From Xylographa opegraphella (taxonomy: Eukaryota), in the NCBI GenBank assembly GCA_022813865.1, contig JALDZX010000014.1:1-64000 (forward strand): a stretch of 64,000 bases of DNA. The letters are read 5' to 3'. Shown piece by piece: positions 24,564-38,149 of the stretch. The notes beneath the pieces are model-generated. The model searched no databases and was not told the DNA's origin. It saw only the letters and a program-made list of their open reading frames with translations. How positions within the stretch are numbered: position 1 is the stretch's first letter; each line of letters opens with the position of its first letter. The position numbers and the translations under genes were made by a program.

Positions 24564-26752
24564 GTTTGCAAGGAACAATCCACAGCTGAGATGTTTGAAG
24601 CTCGGTATTTCGAGGGTCGGCTGCTGGGAGATCGGATCTTAGACAGCAGCACAGACAACAAGCTCGAAGCATATCCAGTCATCCTCTTCACATTATATAC
24701 ACACACTGTTGAGCCTCACTTTGGTAACAGCCTTGCCCGGCCCTCTACTTAGCAGGGTAGTTACTCTTTAGGCACGGATAGCCCATGCTAGTCATCACGC
24801 TGCGGCACGAAGTGGCTGGAAGCACATCCCAATTCATTGATAGTGTGGAGGTAGACACTCGCGTACACCTGCATTTAAACCAGTAGCGACTTGACCTCAA
24901 ATACAAGCGCATCACACTAAAGAAACTACCACTTCTGCTAGAAGGGCAGTGTTGACGAAGCTGCATGAAGCTGAAACACTGTATGATAGTGGAAGACATT
25001 GACGGTACCAAAAAGGCTGTACCCGGCTGTGTCGCCAAGAACAGTTTGGGGGCCTAAAGACTTACCTTACCTATTGCACTACTTGCTCTCCGCCTGAGCT
25101 TGACCTGAGGAGGAAAAGCGATGAGTGCATCGGAGGCTGCGTTTATTGGCCGTACCATATAATGTACACTTTGCCACATGCAAACTATACGGAATACAGA
25201 AGGAAACATCTGCGTGTGAAGTGCGAAGTGGCCATCCCGATTGATAAGCCTCCGCCTCTTTACTCCAAGTGGGAAGAGCGCGACTGAGATCAAAGCTCGA
25301 CGTATGGTTGAGTGGACAAGGCTGACCTATCATACAAAAGTCCGTGGAGGCCTAGGCTTCGCATCGAGAATGGTCTGTCATGTATCCACTAGACTCACTT
25401 ATCCGCCAATAGGAAGGTAATCTGTGCTACCGTATATGGTCTGCAGCTCCGAGCCACGAGACGAAGTGTGGTTCTTCATATCATAGCCCACGCTCGGGTC
25501 GGGCAACGAGCTGCACATGGCAGAGAACGCTATTTTAAGCTCGCTTATCACGCCAAGGTTTCTGTAACTAGATCTACCTTAGCTTATGCTTACATAACCT
25601 AGCACACAAATACCAACCTTTTTTTCCCGTCTTTCTTTTTTCTTTCAATATTTATTGCCAACGTCCTCAACAAACCCTTGACCTAGAGCAGATAATCAAT
25701 CAATCTCTAGTGCGCATTCCCGAGCAGACGGAGAACGTAGAATGCCTTTCATAATCCTGACTATCGCCCGGTGGTGCCTACTACACTCAGTGAAGTAGGA
25801 ACTGCCAATGGGTTTGGCGGGTTCGCTTCCGGCCTACATATCTTCCATATTCATGCAAAGCAGACCATCATTGATCGATTATCCCTGCTATCCGTGTTGA
25901 CGTCTAGAGGCCTTGTTACGAAGCTCGAAACAGCGCGGTGCTTGTTTGCCACCTATTCTTCAAACAGTTCATTCGATGGTGTTTGCTATCATGTAACTGT
26001 GGAGCTATCCCTGTGATACTTATATGGTCACTCTGCGAGGACTTCAACTTGTAATGGGAAGTGTCCTACGGAGGTGGTTGGATACAAGCCACAACTTTGA
26101 ATATACATTCTACCGAGCCTTGAGTTTCATTAGCCATTCCCGTGAAGGCATGTCGATGGTAATTCCATACGTCTTTCTGCGCAGCAGTAATCATATTTGC
26201 CATTGCTTGAAGACCATCGCTCCATTTCCGGGAATGTGCTAGACTCCTGATACAGAGGGGATATAGCTTCTATCGCCTAGTGACAGTATATCAGGCCCAA
26301 TTGTTTCGTGAATCTACCCCCCGCTTGGCTCCGTACCCTTGCCGAATTATAGATAGGCTGTAGTGAAAATTGGATTGCGTTGATTTCGGATTTAACATTT
26401 TCTAGTTTGAAGAGAGAGAATACCAGTGTGAACGAAAGAATGGACTGGTTGATCTGAAACTGCGCCGCGGCCTCCGGCAATCAACTCTCGAAGATATGCA
26501 GGAGGGGTCCCTCATGATTCTAATATAATGTCTGCAGTCATATTGGAGGCGTGATGAAAGAAACTGTTTGATATGCTTATATTTGTTCCAATGCCTAGGT
26601 GTCCCGGGGACTATCCAGCGGTCGTGAAGCCGCCAAGTCGCCTCGCTCCAGCGCGCTAGTCAGCTGCGGGCAACCAGGATATTCCACCTGTTCATTCGCC
26701 GAATTCACTTTGCTATCGAAGCTCCACCGTATACTCAGCTAATGATAGAGCT

Positions 26753-28749
26753 ATGTCGACCGTAGGAGCTTCCGAGGTCACCCAATTGCCCTCGACCTCA
26801 GGTACGCCAAATCGGTCAATTTATATTTTTGCTCCCTCCGCTTCGAAAAGCTGACGTGATTACGTGGACCTTAGCACAGAAGAACAAGAAACACAAGAGA
26901 AAGAAGCCAGTCTCGAAGCCGAAGATAAATGGGACCACAGAGAAAACCAATGGCAACTACCCTGAGGTAGATGATGGCCTCGAAGCCGAGGAGCACGAAG
27001 AGCCTGAAACGCCCACTGATCCAATTCCTACACAAGCATACCCTGAGGAAGCGTTACAAAATGGCATTAAGTCCCTCGCGATAAATGGCACCATCACTTT
27101 ACCTGGAGAGTCTACTGGCAGCGAGGCCTCTGCCGAAGAAGAGAGCACAGCGGCAATTCGATCGCCTCGCCTACAATCTCGAAGGACAACCATAACAAAG
27201 GAATCGCTGAACGAGAATGCACCAATCCATAACCATGAAGACAACGATACCCAGGCTAGATTGAATGCCCTCGCTAAAGAAAGAGCCACACTCAGAGATG
27301 AAGTAACAGAGCTACGGAAATCACTGGAGGAGATTCAATTGAAACATAATGCAGAGCTGGGGACTATGAAGGACCAATTAGAGGATACCCAGAACGAAAA
27401 AGACCATGCGGAAACACAATATCGTAATCTCCTGGGGAAAGTTAACACAATCAGGTCTCAACTGGGCGAGAGGCTAAAGGCCGATGCTGTATGTATAAAT
27501 GACTGGTCATCACATGCACTTCTCATGTATCTTAGGAGGATCTAGCCCAAGCTCGTAGTCATATCGAAGATCTAGAGGAACAAAACCGCACTCTTCAAAA
27601 TCAAGACTTAGCACGGAAAGCTGAACTTGCAAAACTGGCGGAGGAGGGCGAGGAGCAGTCAAAAGAACTATCCAGCTTACGAAACCGACTCAATTTATCG
27701 CAGCAGAATTGGTCGAAGGAGCGAGAAGATCTGCTGCAAAGGGAGAGCTACGTAAAACGAGAGTTTGAGAGTGCGAGACAGGCCATGCAGGATTGGGAGG
27801 TCTTGGCTATGGAAGAACGCTCCATTCGAGAAAGTCTTGCAGAGAGAGTTTCGGATCTGGAAGACCAGGTTACGAACCATAGAGAGGCATATGAGACGGC
27901 TGCTTCGGAAAGAGACAGTCAATCTTTGACTGTCGATGGCCTGCAAAGGGCTCTTCAAGAGATCCAGGAAGGTATTATAGCATCAATGTACTACATTAAG
28001 AATCATCACTGACATTCGCGTAGCTCGGAAACTAGAGCTAAGAGAGGTTGTAGAAAACTCGCAAGCACAACTTGAAGAGTTACGCAGGCAATTAGAAGAA
28101 GCTCAGAAGAAATCCGCCGAGTCTACGAGTGCGCTTAAATCCGCGAAGTCTGAGCTTGATCGAGCTTTACCGTTCGAAAATGAGGTCAAGGAGAAGAATC
28201 TTCTCATTGGGAAACTCCGACATGAAGCGGTCATACTGAACGACCACTTGACTAAGGCTCTGAGACAATTGAAAAGGGGGAAGCAAGACGACAACATTGA
28301 CAAGTACGCACCAAGCATCTTGTGTCGTGTTCATTACTGACATAACCTAGACAATTGATATCAAACCACTTTCTACATTTTCTGGCTCTAGAGAGATCGG
28401 ATCCAAGAAAATTCCAAATTCTTCAAATTATCTCAGCTCTCCTAGGCTGGACCGATGGTGAGAGAGTCTGGACAACTATTTATAATTACAAATACTGATG
28501 ATTGTAGAACAACGAGAACAGGCTGGGCTTGCCCGGCCCGGTGCCTCTAATCCCAGTCTCCGCACGCCAATTTCCCCTTGGCATCGGACACCCAGTACGC
28601 CAGCATTATCGGCAGATAGTTTCCAGGAAGGTCGAGGACGAAGAGAATCCCTTGCTGGATTATGGTCCGATTTCCTAGAGCAAGGCGCCGAAGAAGGAGC
28701 GAGATCTTCGAGATCTACAAGCATTTCGAGCGCAGTAAGGCATCCCTGA
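26753..28749 (+). CDS. RUD3: Golgi matrix coiled-coil protein with GRAB domain (Rud3/GMAP-210-like)
   Basis: Long coiled coil, QYRNLLGKVNTIRSQLGERLK, EVKEKNLLIGKLRHEAVILNDHLTKAL, KFQILQIISALLGWTDEQREQAGL, LWSDFLE. Several introns. Confidence 0.85.
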
Positions 28750-29238
28750 GTGACCCTGTACTTGTTGTTATCATCGCTGTTCTACTCAAACATATATTCA
28801 ACCTTTTACGGCGTATCGATGGAAGCATAGCATTATATCCCAGAGACGGCATTTGGTATGATCTGGCGTTGTTATCGGGCATTGAAATCAAGCCCATGGA
28901 GACCGCAAGAAGATACTCTGGTCAATGGATGAAAAAAATGACTTGTCAAGTGAATCGGTAATCATCTATATAATCACCAGAACTATGAAGTGAGGGTTCT
29001 CATGTGACGAACAAATACTGGAGCATTGTATTTAGGCTTCATTGGACACGTGACATAATATCCGGCAGCTCACCGCCCTTGGTTCTGCCAATTCGAGCTC
29101 GAAGCGGAATCCAGTCCACCATTATCCGACTTCCATCACATGTTCCTCCTCGCAAAACAAGCTGTTATTCCGTTTTTGCACACTCATACATCGCTTTCCC
29201 ACCTATCTCTCAAACTCGCGGCTTCATCCTACACCTCA

Positions 29239-30049
29239 ATGGCTCCCACAGGTGCTTCCTCCCTCTCCTTGGGAACAGAACACCCACTAACACCTCCAAG
29301 CCACCCAAAAGCACCGCCCAGTCGTGATATCCGGCCCCTCGGGCGCGGGCAAATCCACCCTCCTCAAACGCCTCTTCGCCGACCACCCTTCCACCTTCGG
29401 CTTTTCGATATCCCGTCAGTCAGCCCGAGCCATTGCCCCCCCCCCCCCCTTCCCCCGTCAACATCTCCAAACACGAAACCAGGGGCTAACGCAGACTCCG
29501 CATAGACACGACCCGCTCGCCGCGCCTCTGTGAGACGGACGGCGTCGAGTACCACTTCACCACGCGGCAGCAGTTCATGGAGCTAATAGACGAGGGGGGC
29601 TTCATCGAGCACGCGAAGTTCGGGGGCAACTACTACGGGACGAGCGTCAAGGCCGTGCGGGACATTGCGGAGAAGGGGAGGATCTGTATCCTGGATATCG
29701 AGATGGAGGTGCGTTGTTCTCCGCGGTGGCGACGAATTAGCGTCCTACGTGGTTGCTGATGCGAGGCTTTCGATAGGGTGTCAAGCAAGTGAAACGCACA
29801 GATCTCCATGCCCGATTCCTGTTCCTGTCGCCACCGAGCTTGGAGGTGTTGGAGAAGAGGCTGAGGGGGCGGGGCACGGAGGATGAGGATAGCTTGGAGA
29901 AGCGGCTGACGCAGGCGAAGGCCGAGATGGACTATGCAAAGGGGGAGGGGGTGCATGATAAGGTGGTGATAAATGATGATTTGGATAGGGCCTATAAGGA
30001 GTTGGAGGAGTGGGTAGTGGACGGAGGCAGGTATGGGAGCGAGGCGTAG
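29239..30049 (+). CDS. GUK1: Guanylate kinase
   Basis: [61 protein letters not shown]. Three introns. Confidence 0.95.
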
Positions 30050-30373
30050 GCAGGATCTGCGTATCGGGATAGGATTTTTTGGACGATGGGAGGGTTTCGG
30101 TCACCCAAAAGTATGTCGAAATGACGGGCAGCATATAGATGGCGTTGGCAAGAATTGATTACAAAAGCTCGTTGGACAACATCGGTCGGAATCTTTCTAT
30201 TATGACGTCTGAGAAATAGCTGTAAAATACAATTTTCGGGGAATAAGGCCGCTAGAATACCGATTAAGCAGAACCAAGTAGAATCTGTCAAAGTCTGCTA
30301 TCAGCAGACGTAATTTCTCGCCAATCACCACATGATTAGCCGCTTCTTGCCCGGAGTTTCAAAGTTCTTATCT

Positions 30374-31622
30374 CTAATATCCATTCATAGTCATCCTCTG
30401 TGACTGCCGGCTCAATTCTCGGTCGGCTGATGGGCTTATGGGTCTGCTTCCCGAGTGCCCTACGGAGCTGTTTTCCTTCAGTGCCAATAGCTGCTTTGCG
30501 CGGAATGTCTCGTAGTGGATCTGCGAAGTAGTCTCAATGAGATCTTGCAGGTGGGTGCGCGTCAAAAAGTTTCGCAATGAGACAAATTCGCAGTGACTCT
30601 CGTCCTCGACATTAATTACTCCCCATCTGTTTTGGCGGCCGCGGACCGATTTTCCACCTACGACTATGTTCTTCTCGGATCCAACGACGGCGAAAGGAAT
30701 GAGCTCTTTCATCTTAGTATTAGCTGCCCTCTCTTCTTCGTCGTGCTCCTCGTTGTCATATGGGAACATTCGCAGGTTGTGGAAAGCAAATTCCTCCTTG
30801 ATGCGCTCTTTGAATGCATGACGCTCTTCCAGGGTCAGGGAATCCGATTTCGCAATTACAGGGACGACGTTAACAACATCAGATAGTTTCTTTAGGACAA
30901 CGATGTCGATGGGTTTGAGACTTGAAATAGATTAGTCGTGTATCCATAGTAAGAAAAGCCGACAGAGCTTAGATGCTCACTTACGCGTGACCTGATGGTT
31001 GAATGAAAAAAAGACAGCAGTGAACACGTGTATCTTGGATGTATCTTTCACGTTGAGCTGTAAGCTCTTTGCGAAGGTATGCCGAGTGTTGATCTTTAAT
31101 GTATTTGACGATAGGATCCCAGCTAGCCATGGTGAGTCAGCTTTTCAGGTGCGATACCTATAAGCATCATACCATCTGTCATTGTTGACTTGATCCCCAT
31201 AGCCAGGAGTGTCAACGATGTTGAGCCGCAGGCGAACGCCGTTTTCTTCGATGACTGAACGGCAATTTAGTAAAGATACCAGCATTGCGGACCATGGATA
31301 GCGTACCATGTGATACAGCTTGAATCTCAGTTGTCTGCCTAACAGGCTCATCTGGGTTCATCCTGCCTTTCGAGTCTATCAGGTGCGACGCGAAGATAGT
31401 ATTTATAAGGGTGGATTTTCCTAATCCCGTTTGTCCTAAAATCTAATTCAGTAAAGAGAACTATCCCCAGAGTAAGAGCAACGTACCGACACAGATGACA
31501 TTGAATTGAAAACCACGCTTCAGAAGCTTGCGCTCAATCTGAGTTGTGATACTGTCAAAGCCCACATGACTTTTGGGCATTACAGGATTTGTCTGGGATG
31601 ACATGACGTTTGCAGTCGCCAT
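30374..31622 (-). CDS. CDC10: Septin Cdc10/AspD
   Basis: HVGFDSITTQIERKLLKRGFQFN, GQTGLGKST, IVDTPGYGDQVNND, AKSD, RGRQNRWG, THLQDLIETT. There is no C-terminal coiled coil, as expected for Cdc10. Multi-intron. Confidence 0.95.
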
Positions 31623-31895
31623 TGTCAGTTTTGCAAGAACTCAAAAATCTTCAATGTAGTTCCACGATTTATACGGCTGTGGCAGGTACTCCGGTTGTTA
31701 TGTCCAGCGTTTGGTTGTCCAAAAGTTTCGGCGTCGTGAAACGGTGAAAGGGGGTTCAGGGATGTTTGCCGCTAGCGCACCGTGGGGAAGTTGCGCTAGC
31801 CGATCGAGCTTCACGTTCGAGAGTCGACAATTCTACGAATCTACTCACGGTCATACTGTCTTGTGGCCATACTATATCGAGAACATAGTCTCGCC

Positions 31896-32349
31896 ATGAT
31901 GCTTCGTGCCTTAGTGGCGCCGTCTCTACAGTCAACCTTATCACCCCAGCTGTCCTCCATCACACCGACATTCAGGTCCAGGACAGCCTGCCTACCTTCG
32001 TTCCTTCAAGCTGCCTTTCCCTTGACCATATGCCTAAACATTCCGCCAACTCTTTCAGAGATATGGGAATCTATCCTACGCGCAGTTCCAAAGAAGAAAA
32101 CCTCTCATATGAAAAAGCGGCATAGATTCATGGCAGGAAAGGCACTGAAGGATGTTACAAATTTGAACAAATGCTCAGCTTGTGGAAATGTGAAACGAGC
32201 ACATCTACTATGTCCTTACTGCGTGCGAGGTGCGTAATACTTGATTTCTTTTACAAAACAGGGGCAATTACTAAAGAATTGTAGAGATTCGTGACATGTG
32301 GCTTGGAAAATCTAAGAGCAAGGAGGAGGCCGCAAAGGTCAATGCTTAA
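31896..32349 (+). CDS. MRPL32: Mitochondrial ribosomal protein bL32m
   Basis: Presequence, then AVPKKKTSHMKKRHR and CSACGNVKRAHLLCPYC. Intron 32230-32284. Divergent from CDC10. Confidence 0.92.
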
Positions 32350-32703
32350 GTGGACTTCCTGGGCCGGCATCTTTCAGTTTCTGCTTTCAACGTATTGGGC
32401 TTGTGATATGAGCATAGCAAGGGCGTTGGACTTAATAAATGTTAGCTACTATGGCTAAAGATGGAGATATTGCGTCAATAGACTACAAGAATCTGTATAT
32501 ACGTTAGATGCCCGTAGCTAGTAAGATAGCTTGTCCCATATTCCGAAGCACAGGTGTCGCTGTCCTCGGTGAGCTTTGAATACCTTGATAAGCGTTCTCG
32601 CTTGTATATGTAACCCTCTTTTATTTGACTCAGGCACCCATCTCAGTATCGTCCAGATCCGTGTCTTACATAACAGTAGCCAGTTACCATAGCGCATAGC
32701 ATA

Positions 32704-33948
32704 ATGGTGTGAAGTGTTGATATTCCTCGAAACACTACAGAACTGATATTAGTAGTCGAAACAATACTTAACAAGCCATACAATCGATGAAGGTGAGTCA
32801 AGCTGTAGAATTTGATGTGCATATGCTGATAGATTGGTAGCACATATCACCGATATATTTTCCCTTGCTGTCACATCTACCCAGATCATCTCTGCTTCTG
32901 GTTCTTCGTCACTAAAGGTCCACTCAACTACTGATCCTGACTTCCCACTTCACCAGACTCTGGAAAAGGCGCACGAGCTGGGATGTCATCACCTTGCGGC
33001 GAGCAAGAGTGGCTCAAAACTCGCGAGTGCGGGCTTTGATGGCAAGGTCAAAATATGGGCCGCTGGAAACGATCAATGGATAGAGGAAGGCGAAATCGTA
33101 GGTGCGAATTTCTTTGCACCACATCGAGACAAGGCTCCGAGTTGGTAGAGCTAAGGGCAACATGGACAGATGGCAACAAGGCTGGTGAGATTTGGGCTAT
33201 AGCTCTGTCCGAGAATGGGCAGTACTTTGCAAGTACAACATATGATGGTCGGGTCAATGTTTGGGATAATTTTGCAGGGAGGAGGAAAATTCGGGAATTT
33301 GAGACAAAAGGCAGCTATGGGATGTCGATAGACCTGGTAATCCTTATCTCATCCACATGGAGAATGATACTGATATGAGATATAGTCCTTAGATGGGAAA
33401 TATACCGCCTCTGGGCACAAGAATGGAGGGATATACATCTTCAATAACGATACAGGCCGCTTACTGCATTCTCTCCCTGGTAACTCGCTCGTAGCAAATA
33501 TTTCGCAGGACTAAACTTATTTCTTGCAGGGCACGTCAAACCAATTCGCTGTGTTACATTCTCCCCTGGCGGAAAATTGCTCGCTGCAGCTGGAGATGCC
33601 AAGGTGATCGCTCTCTACGATGTTGCTTCAGGCGAGCAGGTAGCGAATCTGATGGGACATGGTGCATGGATTTTCTCGCTTGATTGGAGCAATACAGGAG
33701 AATATCTTTTGAGCGGGTGAGTGAACACCTGGCGAGCAAACTATTTTACACTAACATAGTTCAGTGCCTTTGACGGCAAAGCCAAAGTTTGGTCGATAGA
33801 CCAAAGAACATGCGTTGCAACGCACACTGAGACGGACAAAACCATATGGAGTGTCAAGTGGCTCCCAAAGATCGGCAAGAATGAAGGATTTGCCATCGCT
33901 GGGGCAAATCGAAGTATTTCTTTCTACAGAGAAGCTACTGGTGGATGA
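32704..33948 (+). CDS. SKI8: Ski8/Rec14 WD40 protein
   Basis: M|SKQYLTSHTIDE|AHITDIFSLAVT, ASTTYDGRVNVWD, GHVKPIRCVTFSPGGKLLAAAGD, RSISFYREATGG*. Multi-intron. Confidence 0.9.
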
Positions 33949-34160
33949 GGCCACAGTACTTGTAATCTGCCATGTCGATGTTATGTTGTCGACATGTCAG
34001 TGACCTATTTCTCCCCTGGATTGCTGCCCGATATGCATAAAGCTCGCTTGTAGTGTAAACGTCCTGTTGCTAGGCTATTGAAGGAGCCTCCGCAGGTTCT
34101 CAAGCAGAGATATTGATAGAAAATAAAATATTTCGTTCCGTTGCGCCTTGAAGCCCCGTC

Positions 34161-34464
34161 ACCGCGTGGGTTGAGGCATTCGTGGCTGTAGTTCTCGAAT
34201 CATGGTAACCGCCCCACAATTAAGTGCTCTTCACAGTCTTCGTGATGAGTACTCATTGCCTGACGGCCATCACGATAACAACACATCAAGCTGCATAACG
34301 GAAGAATTCTGTCTCTGGACCTGCTTCATGGATAATAGGAGTTGATTGCGCGGTAGTTAACCGAGAAGATTGGATCATCACGTGACATAACGGCGCTGTG
34401 GTCGCGTGCGGGGGCTCGAGTAATTATAGCGCGTAAAGCCGTGTTTTCGTTTTCGAAAGCGCGT
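34161..34464 (+). promoter_or_regulatory. MCB-like CGCGT cores and a CACGTG box upstream of RNR1
   Basis: CGCGT at about 34163, 34403, 34430 and 34460, plus TCACGTGA at about 34378. G1/S (MBF-type) control of RNR genes is established in ascomycete yeasts. Confidence 0.5.
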
Positions 34465-34596
34465 TCCTCTTTACGCCCCTCGCTCCATACACATTCCACT
34501 CTACCTTAACGCCCATCTTTTTCGTGGAGTCAGTTACCTTCCCCCATATACACTGAGGTCTCCAGTTCCCGAAAGCTATTCGTATCACATCTCAAG

Positions 34597-37500
34597 ATGT
34601 TTGTCTACAAGCGAGGTATGTATTGTCTGGATATCTATACCAGCATTCACTGTCCTTGGTCGAACAGTATCACACACTGTGATTCGGCGGTACGATATGC
34701 TAACTCTTGGTTTCCAGATGGTCGTAAGGAGCGTGTCCAGTTCGACAAGATTACAGCTCGTGTATCCCGTTTGTGTTATGGCCTCGACGCCGATCATGTT
34801 GATGCCGCAGCTATTACGCAGAAGGTCATCTCCGGCGTGTATCAAGGTGTCACAACCATTGAGCTCGATAATCTTGTATGCCAGCCCCCTTCCTCGACAG
34901 CAAGTCGAGTGGTAAGGACTGTGAATACAGAAACTAATCCGTGCTTCCATAGGCTGCAGAAACAGCTGCATATATGACAGTAACCCATCCAGACTACGCC
35001 ATCCTAGCAGCACGTATTGCAGTGTCAAACCTGCACAAGCAGACTAAAAAGCAATTTTCGTCCGTTATAACAGACTTATACCATTACATCAACCCGAAGA
35101 ACCACAAGCCAGCCCCTATGATCTCTCAGGGAACATACGAAGTAGTTATGAGACATGCCGAAGAGTTAAATTCCGCAATCGTGTACGATCGAGACTTTAA
35201 CTACCAGTATTTCGGCTTCAAGACCCTCGAGCGCTCCTATCTATTGAAGATGAACGACAGGATAGCAGAACGACCACAACATATGATCATGCGTGTCGCT
35301 GTCGGGATCCACGGGGACGATGTCGAGAAAGTCATTGAGACTTATAACTTGATGTCTCAGAAATTCTTCACACATGCCTCCCCTACGCTATTCAACGCTG
35401 GCACGCCACAGGCACAGCTTGCTTCGTGTTTTCTTATTGACATGAAGGACGATAGTATTGATGGCATTTACGAGACGCTCAAGACATGTGCTCAAATATC
35501 TAAACACGCCGGAGGTATTGGACTTAATGTTCACAGAATACGCGCCACTGGCTCCTATATCAGTGGTACCAATGGTTCTTCCAATGGTATCGTACCAATG
35601 CTCCGTGTCTTTAACAATACCGCACGGTATGTTGACCAAGGAGGCAACAAACGTCCGGGTGCGTTTGCGATATACTTGGAACCATGGCACGCTGATGTCT
35701 TCGAATTCCTGGACCTACGCAAGAATCACGGGAAAGAGGAAGTCAGGGCCCGAGATTTGTTCCTCGCGCTTTGGGTGCCTGATCTTTTTATGAAACGAGT
35801 GGAAAAGAATGGAGACTGGACATTATTTTGTCCGAATGAGGCACCCGGAATGGCTGATGTTTATGGAGAGGAATTTGAAGCGCTCTATGAAAAGTATGGT
35901 ATCTTAATCCACAAGTTGACACTATACTAAGAAAACATTATAGATACGAAAAGGAGGGCCGCGGCCGTAAGACTATCAAAGCGCAAAAACTTTGGTATTC
36001 TATTCTTGAAGCCCAAACGGAGACTGGAAATCCTTTCATGCTCTACAAAGACGCTTGCAACCGCAAGAGTAACCAGAAGAACCTGGGCACAATCCGTAGT
36101 TCCAATTTGTGTACAGAGATCATTGAATACTGTGCACCAGACGAGGTCGCTGTCTGCAATCTCGCTTCTCTGGCATTACCTACATATGTGGACGCAGCTC
36201 GCGGGGAGTATGACTTTGGCAAGCTTCACGAGGTAGTCCAAGTTGTCGTACGGAACCTCAATAAAATCATCGACATAAACCATTATCCAGTCGAGGAGGC
36301 AAAAAAGGGCAACATGAGACATCGGCCGATTGGCCTAGGCGTGCAAGGCCTCGCTGATGCATTCCTGGCACTTCGACTTCCTTTCGACTCACCACAGGCC
36401 AAGCTCTTGAATATCCAGATTTTTGAGACCATCTATCATGGTGCTTTGACTGCATCCTGCGAGTTGGCCAAAACTTTGGGAACATACTCTACGTATGAGG
36501 GATCCCCAGTCTCACAGGGTATTCTGCAATACGATATGTGGAACGTGACGCCAACAGATCTTTGGGACTGGGATTCTCTGAAGGCCGATGTCGCCAGGTA
36601 TGGCGTGCGGAACAGTCTGCTCGTTGCTCCTATGCCGACAGCTAGCACAAGTCAAATCCTTGGATTCAATGAATGCTTCGAGCCATACACCTCAAACATC
36701 TACTCTAGAAGAGTCTTAGCTGGGGAATTCCAAGTCGTCAACCCGTGGCTTCTCAAGGATCTTGTGGATATGGGATTGTGGTCTGACAATATGAAGAACC
36801 GAATCATTGCTGATGGTGGATCCATTCAAAACGTTCCTAATATTCCTGCCGACATCAAGGCACTTTACAAAACTGTTTGGGAAATATCTCAGAAGACTAT
36901 CGTTCAGATGGCTGCTGACCGTGGTGCTTTCATCGACCAATCTCAATCCCTCAACATTCATCTCAAGGAGCCAACAATGGGGAAGATCACGAGTATGCAT
37001 TTCGCGGGATGGAAGCTAGGCCTTAAGACTGGCATGTACTACCTTCGAACTATGGCTGCTTCAGCCCCTATCCAATTCACAGTAGATCAGGAGGCTCTCA
37101 AGGTCGCAGATACTAACATCGCTCGCGTTGGCGGTGCCAAGAAACGACCAATTGCACCTCCAGGTGGTCATTCTTCAAATTCGCACTCAGCTGTACCGAG
37201 GCCCATGTACATCCAAAAGGAGCCCATTCAGAGTGTCACTTCGCCCAACGGAATGCCCACTCCTATGGCTACTCCACCACCTACGGAGAACAAAAAGTTC
37301 TCCCCTCAATCGAAGAAGGTATCGGAAGCACTTCCTAGCTTCAAGGCCGACGCCGAGGAGGGTGAGAGTCCTCGAACCCTTGCTACTGAGCCTGTTGGGC
37401 CTCCGAAAGAGGAAGAGGCGCTTCCAGAGCCAGCTCTGAATGGAAACAAGGACCAAGAAGAAGACTCGGAGGATGTCAGCAAAGATAGAGAGGGCGATAT

Positions 37501-37617
37501 CTATGCCGAAGCTGTCTTGGCTTGTGCGTACCCCTCCCCGTTCTTGGGTTTGCGTTCAGCTGACATTGAATAGGCAGCATAGAAAATAAGGAGGAGTGCA
37601 TCATGTGCAGCGGTTGA
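34597..37617 (+). CDS. RNR1: Ribonucleoside-diphosphate reductase large subunit (class Ia)
   Basis: ATP cone ([21 protein letters not shown]), [35 protein letters not shown] and C-terminal ECIMCSG*. Four introns. Confidence 0.98.
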
Positions 37618-38030
37618 TCTCATAGTCGATCGGCCTTGCCAAGAGTTCCGGCTCGAAGGATCTGCATTTATTGTGTTCAGGAATAGATTGCGTATGAAGT
37701 ATTGATATTATGCGGTAATTATGGGCTGGAAGTTGGATCTTGATAAGGGCGTTGAACGGCATTGTTCTATTGTGTTGTACCTGCTGAGCAATGTACAATA
37801 TACGGAATAGTTAGAAGAAATTCTCTGCCATCGACAAACTGTTTCAAGCCCCATCCACTCGTGCTTCACTTATCGATTTATTCAATACGCTGTGCCTTGT
37901 GACTTTCTCCATATCATGCCAATCCAATGCCAAAATTTTAACAGATCCTCCTCTCTTCGTCCTAAGCATTCTCGATACTATTTGGCCAAATGTGTTTCGG
38001 GTCTTGGATTTCCGGAGCAAAAAAGCAAAA

Positions 38031-38149
38031 ACATACAACAGCTGGGATTCGCTGGTGGTCACCCACCCAACTACTAATCAGCCGATCTCAAGCTTATGTA
38101 TGCCAGAGCGGACGGGATAGCCAGTTCTCTTGAGTCTATGGTCGTATGT
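38031..38149 (-). rRNA. 5S rRNA (dispersed copy)
   Basis: Reverse complement reads ACATACGACCATAG..CCCGTCCGCTCT..TTAGTAGTTGGGTGGGTGACCACCAGCGAATCCCAGCTGTTGTATGT. It is 119 nt with paired ends and is followed by a T-tract Pol III terminator. Confidence 0.96.

Noticed and set aside
34616..34718. RNR1 intron 1 as a possible nested (stwintron) intron
   Set aside because: A single GT..AG excision already gives the conserved KRDGRKE frame, and the nested [D1,2] reading breaks it.
37130..37520. Long Pro/Glu-rich insert near the RNR1 C-terminus
   Set aside because: A variable linker before the terminal CxxC is normal in fungal Rnr1.
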